Shown here: positions 42,910 through 51,919 of the stretch, in pieces | Layout of the letters: the number at the start of each line of letters is the position of its first letter | Numbering within the stretch: the first letter of the stretch is position 1 | IMG/VR virus record: IMGVR_UViG_3300045988_122291 | Span: 50,076 to 114,075 of that record | Strand: one strand, 5' to 3' | Source: a virus | Length of the DNA: 64,000 bases | Made by a program: the position numbers and the translations under genes | Notes under the pieces: generated by a model | Told to the model about the DNA's origin: nothing | The model's database searches: none | What the model saw: the letters and a program-made list of their open reading frames with translations, nothing else

Positions 42910-43551
42910 TCAGTTTACAATGTACACATTACGATATTGTACACCAAGGTTGCTTGCTTCAGACTTAGAGCCTACTGCAATATCAATAATGTTGCCCTTA
43001 ATTGCACCGCCTGTATCAGCGCAATAAAAAACACCATTAAAACCTTCAATTCTAATCTTAGAGCCAAGAGGAATTACACGAGGGTCAACAGCTACAGTAT
43101 ACCACGGTGTTACTGGTGTACCAAGAGCAGTAATTGAACCGCCTTCATCGGCTGAGCCTGTGTAGAAAGTACATTTCATACGAGCTACAAGTCGACCACG
43201 CTTGGCTTCTTCTGCTTTTCTCTTAGCTTCTTCTTCAGCCTTGCGCTTTGCTTCTGCTTCGCGTTCAGCATTGAGCGCTTTGTTATAATCTTCTGTTAGT
43301 GCTACTACGGTTTCATTATGTTCATCCCACTTGTCCTTGGCATGGAGAATAATGAAATCATCTTCTTCTGCTCCCAGAGTTCTTGCACATTCAGCAAGCT
43401 GGTGAGCAGTGTTTCGCATTGTGATTGCTTCATCGAGATTGGATTTAATCTCCGCACTCGTCTGGCTTGAAGCAAAAGCCGATGTAGAAAGACATACACC
43501 AACCATCACTACGGTAGCGAAACTTTTTGTTAGTTTGTTTCCAAACTTCAT
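42910..43551 (-). CDS. secreted 3D-domain cell-wall protein (MltA/RlpA-like barrel)
   Basis: Signal peptide MKFGNKLTKSFATVVMVGVCLSTSAFA, EAKRKAEEEAKRKAEE coil, 3D domain VAVDPRVIPLGSKIRIEG...YCADTGGAIKGNIIDI; the ORF-track 5' extension overlaps tRNA-Met. Confidence 0.8.
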   Translation of the reverse strand: MKFGNKLTKSFATVVMVGVCLSTSAFASSQTSAEIKSNLDEAITMRNTAHQLAECARTLGAEEDDFIILHAKDKWDEHNETVVALTEDYNKALNAEREAEAKRKAEEEAKRKAEEAKRGRLVARMKCTFYTGSADEGGSITALGTPVTPWYTVAVDPRVIPLGSKIRIEGFNGVFYCADTGGAIKGNIIDIAVGSKSEASNLGVQYRNVYIVN

Positions 43552-43598
43552 TGGTATCGCGTCCTTTCGTTTATTTTGGTTTTTGTTCTCTTGAACAA

Positions 43599-43677
43599 TG
43601 GTAGCCCGTGTGGTGCTCGAAACCACGAAATCTTCCGGTTATGAGCCGGATGCTTTAACCAACTTAGCTAACGGGCT
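43599..43677 (-). tRNA. tRNA-Met: tRNA-Met (anticodon CAT; could be Ile2-type)
   Basis: Acceptor AGCCCGT/ACGGGCT, anticodon arm TCCGG-CTCATAA-CCGGA, T arm GTGGT-TTCGAGC-ACCAC, encoded CCA. Confidence 0.75.
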
Positions 43678-43707
43678 ATATATCGAGGGCATATTGCCCT
43701 CAGTATT

Positions 43708-43788
43708 TTACTTAGTGCTGTGACGCTTGGTGCAGTCACCATAACACCATTCTTCAAAGTCTACTGACTTGTCATACTGATAACCCAT
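43708..43788 (-). CDS. small protein (26 aa)
   Basis: GGAGGTAAG SD, own TTGACA-N17-TACAAT promoter, followed by the GAGGGCA/TGCCCTC hairpin. Confidence 0.4.
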   Translation of the reverse strand: MGYQYDKSVDFEEWCYGDCTKRHSTK

Positions 43789-44007
43789 GATACTTACCTC
43801 CTTTGTTCACTTAAACATTGTATCACGACCTTTCGCCGTTGTCAAGTATAATTTTTAATTTGATATTGCGTACTACTGCAAGAAGCGAAACGAAATTTGT
43901 TCTTGTCTCTGTTTATATATGGCTCTACACTTGGAACAAATATCTGCAAATATTTGTGCGTAGTCGCACCATACGCCGCTCATTTCATACGCTATATCAT
44001 TTATGTT

Positions 44008-44066
44008 TGGCTGAACAGGACTTGAACCTGTATCTCACACGCGTGTTCCCAATTACACCATCAGTC
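44008..44066 (-). pseudogene. tRNA-like remnant lacking an anticodon arm
   Basis: D arm GTGT-AATTGGGA-ACAC and T arm ACAGG-TTCAAGT-CCTGT with only 10 nt between them; sequence verified against the plus-strand ORF translation. Confidence 0.3.
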
Positions 44067-44188
44067 AATATAAACCCGTCTTTATTCATCAAACCTGAAG
44101 CCACAGGTAACGGTTGTGATGATTATTTTTGAAAGGAGTCGTGCTTCTGGTAGTAATAGAAGCACATGAAAAATGAAAAAGATGTGGT

Positions 44189-45028
44189 CTATTTAATCTT
44201 CTTTTGTTGTTTCTTATATCTTTCCATATACTTATGAAGAATTTGTTTTAATTCATCTGACAATTCTTCGTCTGCATATCTAAAAATATAACCAGCGGAA
44301 GTATGATGTGATTTGTATTTTTCTTCTTTGGAAAGACACATCCATAAATGTCGAAAAGTCACCTTAGGTAATTGTCTACAACATTCTTTTAGAGAAGGAA
44401 ACCATTGCTCTTCTCCTGTATGTTTATTGATTGCGATAACTGGTTGTGATGCTTTTTCAGCAAAAATTTGAGATGCTTTTTCAAGGATTTCTGGATGCCT
44501 TTCAGCAACATCTCTGTTTGAATCAGCATGAGAAATAAAACAACAAGTTTCTTTACTATATAATTTGTTTCCCTTAACAAGAGTATCTTTATCCAACATA
44601 ATCATTTGTAAAGGATTTTGAATCCAAAATTCAAAACCTTGTAACTCTGTTACATCTCGATAAAAATTTGCGAAATCTTCCCATTCTTTAGAACAAGTTG
44701 TGCCTTTATAAGTAGGATATTTTTCTTGAAATTTATCTGAACAACGATAAATCATGTGTCGCCATTTCTCGTAAACTCTTTTATAAAATTCGTCACGAAG
44801 AACATCTTTAGACAAAGAATTATATCCCATGCCATAAACAGTTCGCGCATACTCACCGTTATTCTCGCCATGTCTACATTGAGTATGACATTCACGAATT
44901 TCTTTTAATGGCTTATACACTTCCATACCACACACTTTACATTTTGCATGATAAAGAATGTGACCATGTTTCCGTTGCTCAGTTTGATAGATATTTGTAT
45001 AAATCCCAATATCTTCAATCTTATTCAT
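44189..45028 (-). CDS. putative free-standing homing endonuclease / DNA-binding protein (279 aa)
   Basis: Cys/His cluster near the N-terminus (CKVCG...CHTQCRH); sits between tRNA genes like other phage HEGs; family not recognised. Confidence 0.4.
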   Translation of the reverse strand: MNKIEDIGIYTNIYQTEQRKHGHILYHAKCKVCGMEVYKPLKEIRECHTQCRHGENNGEYARTVYGMGYNSLSKDVLRDEFYKRVYEKWRHMIYRCSDKFQEKYPTYKGTTCSKEWEDFANFYRDVTELQGFEFWIQNPLQMIMLDKDTLVKGNKLYSKETCCFISHADSNRDVAERHPEILEKASQIFAEKASQPVIAINKHTGEEQWFPSLKECCRQLPKVTFRHLWMCLSKEEKYKSHHTSAGYIFRYADEELSDELKQILHKYMERYKKQQKKIK

Positions 45029-45129
45029 TTGTAATTCACCTTTTCTGAATTTTAATTTTAGCGAAGGCTCAAAGGAAAAGGCTTTGTTGTCTCAATAATT
45101 AGCTTTATTATTGCTACCCTATCGCTAAG

Positions 45130-45208
45130 TGGTGCTACTGAGAGGACTCGAACCTCCAACTTACGAATTTTGAGTTCGTCACCTATCTGCCAATTGGGTT
45201 ACAGTAGC
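45130..45208 (-). tRNA. tRNA with anticodon CAA but short (class I) variable loop
   Basis: Acceptor GCTACTG/CAGTAGC, anticodon arm ACGAA-CTCAAAA-TTCGT, 5-nt variable loop, T arm GGAGG-TTCGAGT-CCTCT, discriminator A, encoded CCA. Confidence 0.6.
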
Positions 45209-45399
45209 ATATATAATATCCACGACATAGCCTTATCATCGTGGTAGGGATCTATTGGCTGTTACATACCCTTTATGTAATTCTCTTGATTACCAGTCAT
45301 CCCAGTTTTTCATCTCAAAGAGAGTCAAGCATTATGGGATTAGCTTGATTTAATTTCAAATTCTTGTATTAAATACCTCAATGAAACTGCGTTATCCTT

Positions 45400-45640
45400 T
45401 AAAGAATACGCTGACCAACTAACAAAGAACTTGAAGCGCTGTTCATCTCTGAACTGTTTATAGTCAACGACCCATCATCTAAAACCGATGGGCTTGTAAC
45501 TCGATACGACTTCGCTATTACATTTTAGGGCGTAATAGGTTATTCGTAAGCATAAATTACCTATCAGGACACGCGCTTGCCCCTATAATTCTTTTTCCCT
45601 CGACAAGTATGTTCTTAGCAGCATTTATATCTCTGTCGTG
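45400..45640 (-). ncRNA. candidate TnpB omega/reRNA scaffold (bounds approximate)
   Basis: 3' end of tnpB plus structured downstream region (e.g. CCCATC...GATGGG hairpin). Confidence 0.3.
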
Positions 45641-46657
45641 AACAGTACCGCAAACAGGACACTTCCACTCTCTAATCCACAATGGTTTCTTTCCTGTGAT
45701 AGTTCCACAACACGAACAAATCTGTGAACTTGGAAACCATCTACCGATTTTCTGAATGATTCTACCTTTAGCAACCGCTTTATATTCCAGCATACTTACA
45801 AATTCAGCCCAACCAACATCAAAAACGCTCAAAGCTAAATGACGATTTTTCATAAGTCCTTTTACATTTAAGTCCTCTAAAGCTATAACTTGGTTCTCGT
45901 TAATTAGCTTATAAGAAACTTTGTGCAAATAATCTTTACGTTGATTAGAAATGTGCTGATGTAATTTAGCAACTCTTAACTTCTGTCGCTTATAGTTATT
46001 ACTATCACGAGTCATTTTACTAAGTTTTCTTTGTTCTCGCTTTAATTTTGGAAGACCTTTTCGCAAAGAACGCAATACAGGTATCTTCTCACCATCAGAA
46101 CAAATCGCTAAATCTTTTAGTCCTAAATCAATACCAATTTCTTTATCCGTTGGTTTTAATTTTACTGTTGGTTCTTCTTCTCTCCACAGAATAGAAATAT
46201 AAAACTCGTTTGTGGGTGTCATAGAGATAACGCAAGACTTTGCTATTCCAGTTTTGTGTCTATGATTGATAATTTTTACTTTGTCCAACTTTGTAATTTT
46301 AATATCATTTTCTGTAACGATATATCCAGAAGATTGCATTGTCTTATAACTATTCTTAGGGTGCTTCTTGCTTTTATATTTTGGATAACCAACATTCTTT
46401 TCCTTAAAGAATTTTGAAAAAGCAGATTGTAAATCCATTTGAGTAAAACATAATGACATAGAGTCAACTTCTTTAAGCCACTCGTATCGTTTTTTATAAG
46501 ACGCAGGAGTATTTATTTTCCCCTTTCCGTTCTTCTCATAAAAATCAATATTATCGCGTAACGCTTCGTTCCAATACCAACGACAACAGCCAAATGTTTT
46601 ACGGATAAGAAGTTTTTGTTCTTCGGTTGGATAACATCTTACTTTATAGGCTTTCAT
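45557..46657 (-). CDS. tnpB: TnpB (IS200/IS605-family RNA-guided nuclease), no tnpA partner
   Basis: MKAYKVRCYPTEEQ; GIDLGLKD, IALEDLNVKGL, zinc finger CSCCG...CPVCGTVHDRDINAAKNI. Confidence 0.9.
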   Translation of the reverse strand: MKAYKVRCYPTEEQKLLIRKTFGCCRWYWNEALRDNIDFYEKNGKGKINTPASYKKRYEWLKEVDSMSLCFTQMDLQSAFSKFFKEKNVGYPKYKSKKHPKNSYKTMQSSGYIVTENDIKITKLDKVKIINHRHKTGIAKSCVISMTPTNEFYISILWREEEPTVKLKPTDKEIGIDLGLKDLAICSDGEKIPVLRSLRKGLPKLKREQRKLSKMTRDSNNYKRQKLRVAKLHQHISNQRKDYLHKVSYKLINENQVIALEDLNVKGLMKNRHLALSVFDVGWAEFVSMLEYKAVAKGRIIQKIGRWFPSSQICSCCGTITGKKPLWIREWKCPVCGTVHDRDINAAKNILVEGKRIIGASACPDR

Positions 46658-46719
46658 ATTCTCACCACCTTTCTTATAATATAATCATATCACAAGTAAC
46701 GCGAAATGTCAAGAGATTT

Positions 46720-46980
46720 TTTCAAATTTTCGATTTCAATTCTTCAATTCAAATTCATATCATATATTATACCATATATTTTTTAATTTGTCAACCCTAA
46801 ATTTGAATTTTGGATGAAAAATTTTGAATTTGAATTTTCTTGCTCGTTTTTCGATTTCGATTATACAGTTCATTTATCGAATATAAAATTCGATTTTGAT
46901 TTTCCAAACACAAAACACAAATTTCGATTTGAAATCCAAAACTCAAATTTCGATTTCAATTCTACAATTATTTTATAATT
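46720..46980. repeat. AT-rich iteron field (TCGATTT / TTTGAATTT motifs)
   Basis: At least five copies of (A)AATTTCGATTT(C/G)A(A/T)T and several AAATTTGAATTT units in about 260 nt of non-coding DNA. Confidence 0.6.
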
Positions 46981-47056
46981 GCGAAATAAAACCAAAAAGA
47001 ATAAATCGTAATCACCGCACTAAGCGCGAAGCAAACAAACAATAATCTAAACTCTG

Positions 47057-47395
47057 TCATGTCGATTCCTCCTCTGAGAAAATGACTTGAACTGTGACGT
47101 AAGAATCCAAAACTTTAAGCGTTGCCGATTCAACGACATGATGTTCCTCCAAATTGTTTATGATCTCAATTATTTTATAAAACTCATCTACAATATCTTG
47201 TTCTTTAGAAATTGCAAAAGGAATTATTCCTTCACGATATTGCGCGATACTTCCTGCTAACCAATGCTGAATCCATTCAGTTGCTTCTTCAGCGGTCATG
47301 CCATCGTATCGTTTAATGAACAAATTGTAGACGTTAGTTGCGTCCGTGTTTTGCCCTACAAGGAATCTTCTCACCGTAATATCGTATTTAGCCAT
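47057..47395 (-). CDS. hypothetical protein (112 aa)
   Basis: Intact ORF behind GGAGGTGA SD. Confidence 0.55.
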   Translation of the reverse strand: MAKYDITVRRFLVGQNTDATNVYNLFIKRYDGMTAEEATEWIQHWLAGSIAQYREGIIPFAISKEQDIVDEFYKIIEIINNLEEHHVVESATLKVLDSYVTVQVIFSEEEST

Positions 47396-47457
47396 CTCGT
47401 CACCTCCTTGACTGTAACTATTGTATCACGTTGTCACCAACTTGTCAACAACTTTTT

Positions 47458-47610
47458 TCAGTTAAAGAAAACAATCTTCAGCCACATCACTTTGTCCACG
47501 GCATTAGCTATTGTCAGTATCAGCATAGACGCTACAACAAACGATGACACAATCAGCCGTGCTACGTCCGCAGTATACATATCTTTCAGTGTTCTTAACT
47601 TTCTCTTCAT
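47458..47610 (-). CDS. small membrane protein (50 aa)
   Basis: GGAGAA SD; central hydrophobic helix; coordinates checked against the plus-strand ORF translation. Confidence 0.4.
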   Translation of the reverse strand: MKRKLRTLKDMYTADVARLIVSSFVVASMLILTIANAVDKVMWLKIVFFN

Positions 47611-47934
47611 GCACTGCGTTCTCCTTTCATTCTATCCTATCAGCCGTAAAATCAATATGCTGACCATCCCACACGCGATTCTGTTGTCTGTCACACAAAG
47701 AATAACTGCGGTGTGAAGCGAAATATCAACTATTATACGAATAATATATAATTGGAATTGAATTACTAATTAACTGGTAACAATACCATCTATTATTCAT
47801 ATGTATAGCGGGGGATTTTTCGCGTTCGCATAATGCGCGTGACCATCACCATATATAGGCATATATATGTGGGGAAAATTTTAATCTCGCGTAATGCGCG
47901 AAGGCTCTCCCCCACCTTGCGGAAAAATTCCAAA

Positions 47935-48076
47935 TCCTGTAAACTCTGGGGATTTTTGGAAAAACTTTAGCGATTTAGTACGTTAAAACCCTGTATTCTT
48001 ATCGGAATTTTCTCAATCCCCTGCACTCCCATAGGAATTATCGGAAAACCTTAATTCCCTGTATTCCTATCGAAAA
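47935..48076. repeat. dispersed ~20-nt motif CCCTG(T/C)A(T/C)TC(N)TA(T/G)(C/A)GGAAT, 3-4 direct copies
   Basis: Copies at 47989-48008, 48018-48038 and 48057-48076, degenerate at 47935-47954; the same motif occurs as an inverted pair at 54212-54276. Confidence 0.6.
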
Positions 48077-48862
48077 TACACCATACAGAACCAGCGACAA
48101 AAAGAAAAGCGCAAAACCTAAACACTGAAAGCATCAGTGAATAAAGTTTTGCGCTTGCTGTATCTTTTCCCATAGTGGGCAAGTGTCGCTTGTGCTGGAA
48201 TTGAACCATATTCAATTTACTTGGTTATTGTAACACAAAAAAGAGAGCAAGTCAAGCCATATTTTCATTTTTGTATATTGCACAAAAAACTTTTTCAAAT
48301 TTTGTTCATTTTACCCTTGACTTTTTCATACTTTAGCAGACTAAAGCAAAATGGGTATCTTCCCCTTCCCCTCACTTTAGCTTTCTCGGTACTACTTGTC
48401 ACTTCTATATTTTTTATTGTATCTATATTATAGCACTTTCGCAAGGTTTTACAATAGACAAACTGTACAAATTATCATTTTCTTTTTGTGTGCTTTCCGT
48501 CCGTCCTTTACTCCGCTTTTGCTCTACTCCTGCTTTTGTTCCGCTCTTGTGCTCCGCATATCCATAACATAACGATAAGCGCACGAGAACGCGCCTATAA
48601 TCGTTTTTAAACTGTTAAGCGTATAACTTGACCTTGAACGCCTAAAACGCAATACAGCGCATTTATAGCCGACTACAGTATATAGTCTATAATCGGCTCA
48701 GAACGCGCCACAAGCGCACGAACGGGTAAAACCTATAAACATACGTCAGACCAACCAAAAACGATTATAGCACATCCTCGCGCCAAAGAAGGCAATCAGA
48801 CAGCAGACCGCACGGAACAGCACGAACAGACCGAGCAGAGCAACAAACAAAAAAGAAGGTCA

Positions 48863-49096
48863 TTATCGACCTTCTTTTCCTTTCCATTCTTCCTCTTCTT
48901 TCCATTCCGCTATTGCGCGCTTTGCGGCTAATAGATTATCACAACAGCAAGATTTTAGAATGCTTAAATGTAAATTACTAAATTGGTTTTTGTCTAATCT
49001 TCCGCGTTCATCCGAAGAATAAATAAAATAAACAATTTCGTTTGTATAAATTTGAATTGCTTGTACTGGATAGCGATATTTAATTATCTGTTTCAT
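48863..49096 (-). CDS. hypothetical protein (77 aa)
   Basis: Intact ORF, overlap-coupled with 49093..49293. Confidence 0.5.
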   Translation of the reverse strand: MKQIIKYRYPVQAIQIYTNEIVYFIYSSDERGRLDKNQFSNLHLSILKSCCCDNLLAAKRAIAEWKEEEEWKGKEGR

Positions 49097-49293
49097 GCTT
49101 TAGCCTCTTTAAATGCGTAATGCTCCGCGTTTACTATCATTTCCATCGCTTCGTCTATTGTTATAAATCCCCCTTCGCATTTTTCAACCGCTTTATTTAT
49201 GCGATAAATATAAAGCTGATTCTTAACATTATCATAATAAAACGGATTACGCGAAAGTTTATAGTTCGCATATTCCTTTATAAACCTTTTCAT
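49093..49293 (-). CDS. hypothetical protein (66 aa)
   Basis: Start at ATG 49293 behind AAGGAGG. Confidence 0.5.
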   Translation of the reverse strand: MKRFIKEYANYKLSRNPFYYDNVKNQLYIYRINKAVEKCEGGFITIDEAMEMIVNAEHYAFKEAKA

Positions 49294-49442
49294 TTTTTTA
49301 AACCTCCTTGACAAGTAAAATATTGATTTCGGGATTGAATGTAAATTTTTTATATTCTTCCCACGTATCAAAAAAGTCGTTGCCAAAAACGCCTTTTAAC
49401 GTCCATTCCGCATATACTTTTTTTCATCTTTTCCCTCTCCTT

Positions 49443-49583
49443 TTAATAAGTTCCGTTTATCCCTGCAAGCCAGCTAAAACCGACCCACAAGAAAATATAA
49501 ATTATTGCGCCATATGCGAACATATAACGCAGTAAATACAGCGCGTGAAGAATGCACCAAACAGGGTTATCAATTTTTTTCAT
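49443..49583 (-). CDS. small membrane protein (46 aa)
   Basis: GGGAGAC SD; hydrophobic; coordinates checked against two plus-strand ORF translations. Confidence 0.4.
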   Translation of the reverse strand: MKKIDNPVWCILHALYLLRYMFAYGAIIYIFLWVGFSWLAGINGTY

Positions 49584-49837
49584 CTTAAAAGTCTCCCTTC
49601 AAAAGTCGCTTGCTTTTGTTTACGTCTATAATTATATCATTTGTCCGCATAAAGTCAAGAATTATTTACTAAAAATCTTCCGTCAAACCGCACAAATAAA
49701 AACTTTAATTTTGTTTATTTTGACGTTGAATTTTCTTGACTTTAGCGTTATAATTATGTTAGTCTGAAAGGGCACTATATAAAAAAAGAAAACAGAAATA
49801 GAAAAAGCTGGAAGTTATGCGCTCCCAGCTTTTTTAT

Positions 49838-50374
49838 TTACTTTAACAGCTTTGCAAACTTTGCAAACTGTTCATGATTAACGTTAGGTAAAATTGCAAT
49901 AGAAACATCTAAATTCATGTAAACGCCCATGATAAAATTAGTGTTACGCAAAAACGCCTTGCCAAACGTGCACCATCGAATAGGCTTTACATATTTTTCA
50001 TCATACACAAACAATTTTTCACCATCAGAAAAAGCGCAAAGCGTGCGCCATGTATTTTCTGCGCTAATTCCTGTGTACAGCAGTGAACCATCTTCTAACG
50101 TTGTCGGCATAAATTCCACTATTGTCTGTTCACTCTTAACGCAATAATCACCCAAACATTCAACGGAAAAATTACCGCCAGCGGTAAAATTGAATGTTTC
50201 TTGCAGAAAATCAATCATATTTTCGCGGACAGCGGCAAAACTTGCGATAAATTCACCATTAGAAAAATAAATAGTCGCATCCTTACGCTGAATATATACT
50301 TTTCTGCGCTTTGTTTCCTTCTTCGCTAACTTAATATAATATTCAAGAACCTTTTCAGCACTCATCTTTTTCAT
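49838..50374 (-). CDS. hypothetical protein (178 aa)
   Basis: Intact ORF; followed by the AGCTGG/CCAGCT terminator hairpin near 49806-49832. Confidence 0.55.
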   Translation of the reverse strand: MKKMSAEKVLEYYIKLAKKETKRRKVYIQRKDATIYFSNGEFIASFAAVRENMIDFLQETFNFTAGGNFSVECLGDYCVKSEQTIVEFMPTTLEDGSLLYTGISAENTWRTLCAFSDGEKLFVYDEKYVKPIRWCTFGKAFLRNTNFIMGVYMNLDVSIAILPNVNHEQFAKFAKLLK

Positions 50375-50459
50375 TTTTTCATCGCTCCGTTTCAAATTTG
50401 TTCCTTTGTCGGGATGGTTGCGGACTTTTTAAGGATAAATCCGCGAGAACCTTTAGACC

Positions 50460-50696
50460 TTAACCAAAAATAAAAACTGCGTTTGTACGAGAAGTGATAG
50501 CGTAAAGCGTACCACTATTACGACCTTGTAACAGCATCCCGTTACAGCCATAAACGCCAGTAGAATAACCAATCTGACGCAACCAAAATTCTTTCTTTTC
50601 CAGTTCTTCACGCACGTTATTGTCTGCGTGCGTGATGTCCTCCGCTACTCCATCGGCTACCATTGCGCGAAGCTGTTTCTGCGTGTACTTGGTCAT
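50460..50696 (-). CDS. hypothetical protein (78 aa)
   Basis: ATG 50696 behind AAGGAGA. Confidence 0.5.
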   Translation of the reverse strand: MTKYTQKQLRAMVADGVAEDITHADNNVREELEKKEFWLRQIGYSTGVYGCNGMLLQGRNSGTLYAITSRTNAVFIFG

Positions 50697-50733
50697 GATA
50701 AAAATCTCCTTTTCAAAAACCATTTTGTCTTTC

Positions 50734-50771
50734 TGTGATACTAATATATCACATCTGCGCTATCTTGTCAA
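50734..50771 (-). promoter_or_regulatory. promoter with palindromic 20-nt element
   Basis: TTGACA (50771-50766) N17 TATATT (50748-50743); TGTGATA-N6-TATCACA palindrome at 50734-50753, identical to 52192-52211. Confidence 0.55.
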
Positions 50772-50917
50772 GCTAAAACCTCGACAATCTCAATATTTTT
50801 TTCAATAGTTTCCGCTCCATCGAAAAAATCAAAATAAGTGGTATCGTCCAGCACTTGAAAATGCTTTACGCCTTCAAGCTGAACAGAACCGAGCATGTCA
50901 CGAAAAATAACAGTCAT
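50768..50917 (-). CDS. small acidic protein (49 aa)
   Basis: AGGAGG SD inside the end of the upstream ORF. Confidence 0.4.
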   Translation of the reverse strand: MTVIFRDMLGSVQLEGVKHFQVLDDTTYFDFFDGAETIEKNIEIVEVLA

Positions 50918-50920
50918 TTT

Positions 50921-51163
50921 TCAATCCTCCTGATATAATAAATCTAAAATAGATAAATCAAATGTTTCCCCTGTTTTTGGCTTTTCTTGTTCTGCTATCG
51001 CGTCATCAATTCGCTTTTGTTCTTGTTCGTGCTTTTCGCGTAACGTTTCAGAATAACCGTTATTTTCTGCCGTTATCATATATTCATGTCCGCGATATTG
51101 ATAAAACAAATGTACAGCATAGCCGTTTTTATCGCGTACACTTCCAATAAATTTAGCTTTCAA
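50921..51163 (-). CDS. hypothetical protein (80 aa)
   Basis: Intact ORF. Confidence 0.5.
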   Translation of the reverse strand: MKAKFIGSVRDKNGYAVHLFYQYRGHEYMITAENNGYSETLREKHEQEQKRIDDAIAEQEKPKTGETFDLSILDLLYQED

Positions 51164-51416
51164 TTTTATTCACCTGTTTTTCAAACCATAGCCAGCAATC
51201 TACTAAACCGTTGCGCGTCCACAATTTACAATTATGTTTTGCAGGTTCGCCCTTGCGCGGTCTGTAGCCTTGCGCTACCCAATAACCATACGTTCCCAGC
51301 TTGAGAGAAGAGGGAATTTTGTGCTCCCTCTTGTACTCCTCAAGCAGTAATTCGTTTAACATGGTTTTCGTTTGTCTTGTCATTGTGCCGTACCTCTTAA
51401 CCGTAGCACTCGACAA
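51153..51416 (-). CDS. hypothetical protein (87 aa)
   Basis: Intact ORF, overlap-coupled. Confidence 0.5.
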   Translation of the reverse strand: MSSATVKRYGTMTRQTKTMLNELLLEEYKREHKIPSSLKLGTYGYWVAQGYRPRKGEPAKHNCKLWTRNGLVDCWLWFEKQVNKIES

Positions 51417-51834
51417 GATAAATTTTTGCGTTTACGGGTTTGAGATACTCGCCAGCGGCAAGCAGACAATCGCGCATTGCACTTTCACCCATTCCGTTAC
51501 ATCCGACATTAAAACGCATTCCTGCACGATGAAAAGCGGAATCGAGCGCCGCGCTTGCACGATGATAGCCCCAGCCGCCAGCCTTTGCACTTGCGCGAGC
51601 ATCACCATACTGAATATAATAATCATAGTCAGTATACTTAGTATTCAGCCAGATACTAGAATAGTGACAATTTTCTGTTGCGCCCAGACGAGCATCGACC
51701 AGCGTTTCCATCTCATCATTTATAATGGTCACAACTTTGTAACCAAAGTAAAAATGCTTTTCCTGTTGCTCTCGATAGCTTGCGGGCATATTCTGCGCGG
51801 GTATGAACGACATAACCTTATTTTCCGTTTTCAT
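51397..51834 (-). CDS. hypothetical protein (145 aa)
   Basis: Intact ORF. Confidence 0.55.
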   Translation of the reverse strand: MKTENKVMSFIPAQNMPASYREQQEKHFYFGYKVVTIINDEMETLVDARLGATENCHYSSIWLNTKYTDYDYYIQYGDARASAKAGGWGYHRASAALDSAFHRAGMRFNVGCNGMGESAMRDCLLAAGEYLKPVNAKIYLVECYG

Positions 51835-51919
51835 TTTTTCAACACTCCATTTTCAAAAATTGTTTACGCTTTGCGCGTATGGTAGGAGGCTTTCAGATAA
51901 ACCTCCCAGAACCAATTTT

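Noticed and set aside
49296-49425. A short region with an A7/T7 run and two partial reading frames, possibly a frameshifted small gene.
   Set aside because: Neither frame has both a start and reasonable length, and I cannot verify the homopolymer length by hand. Not called.
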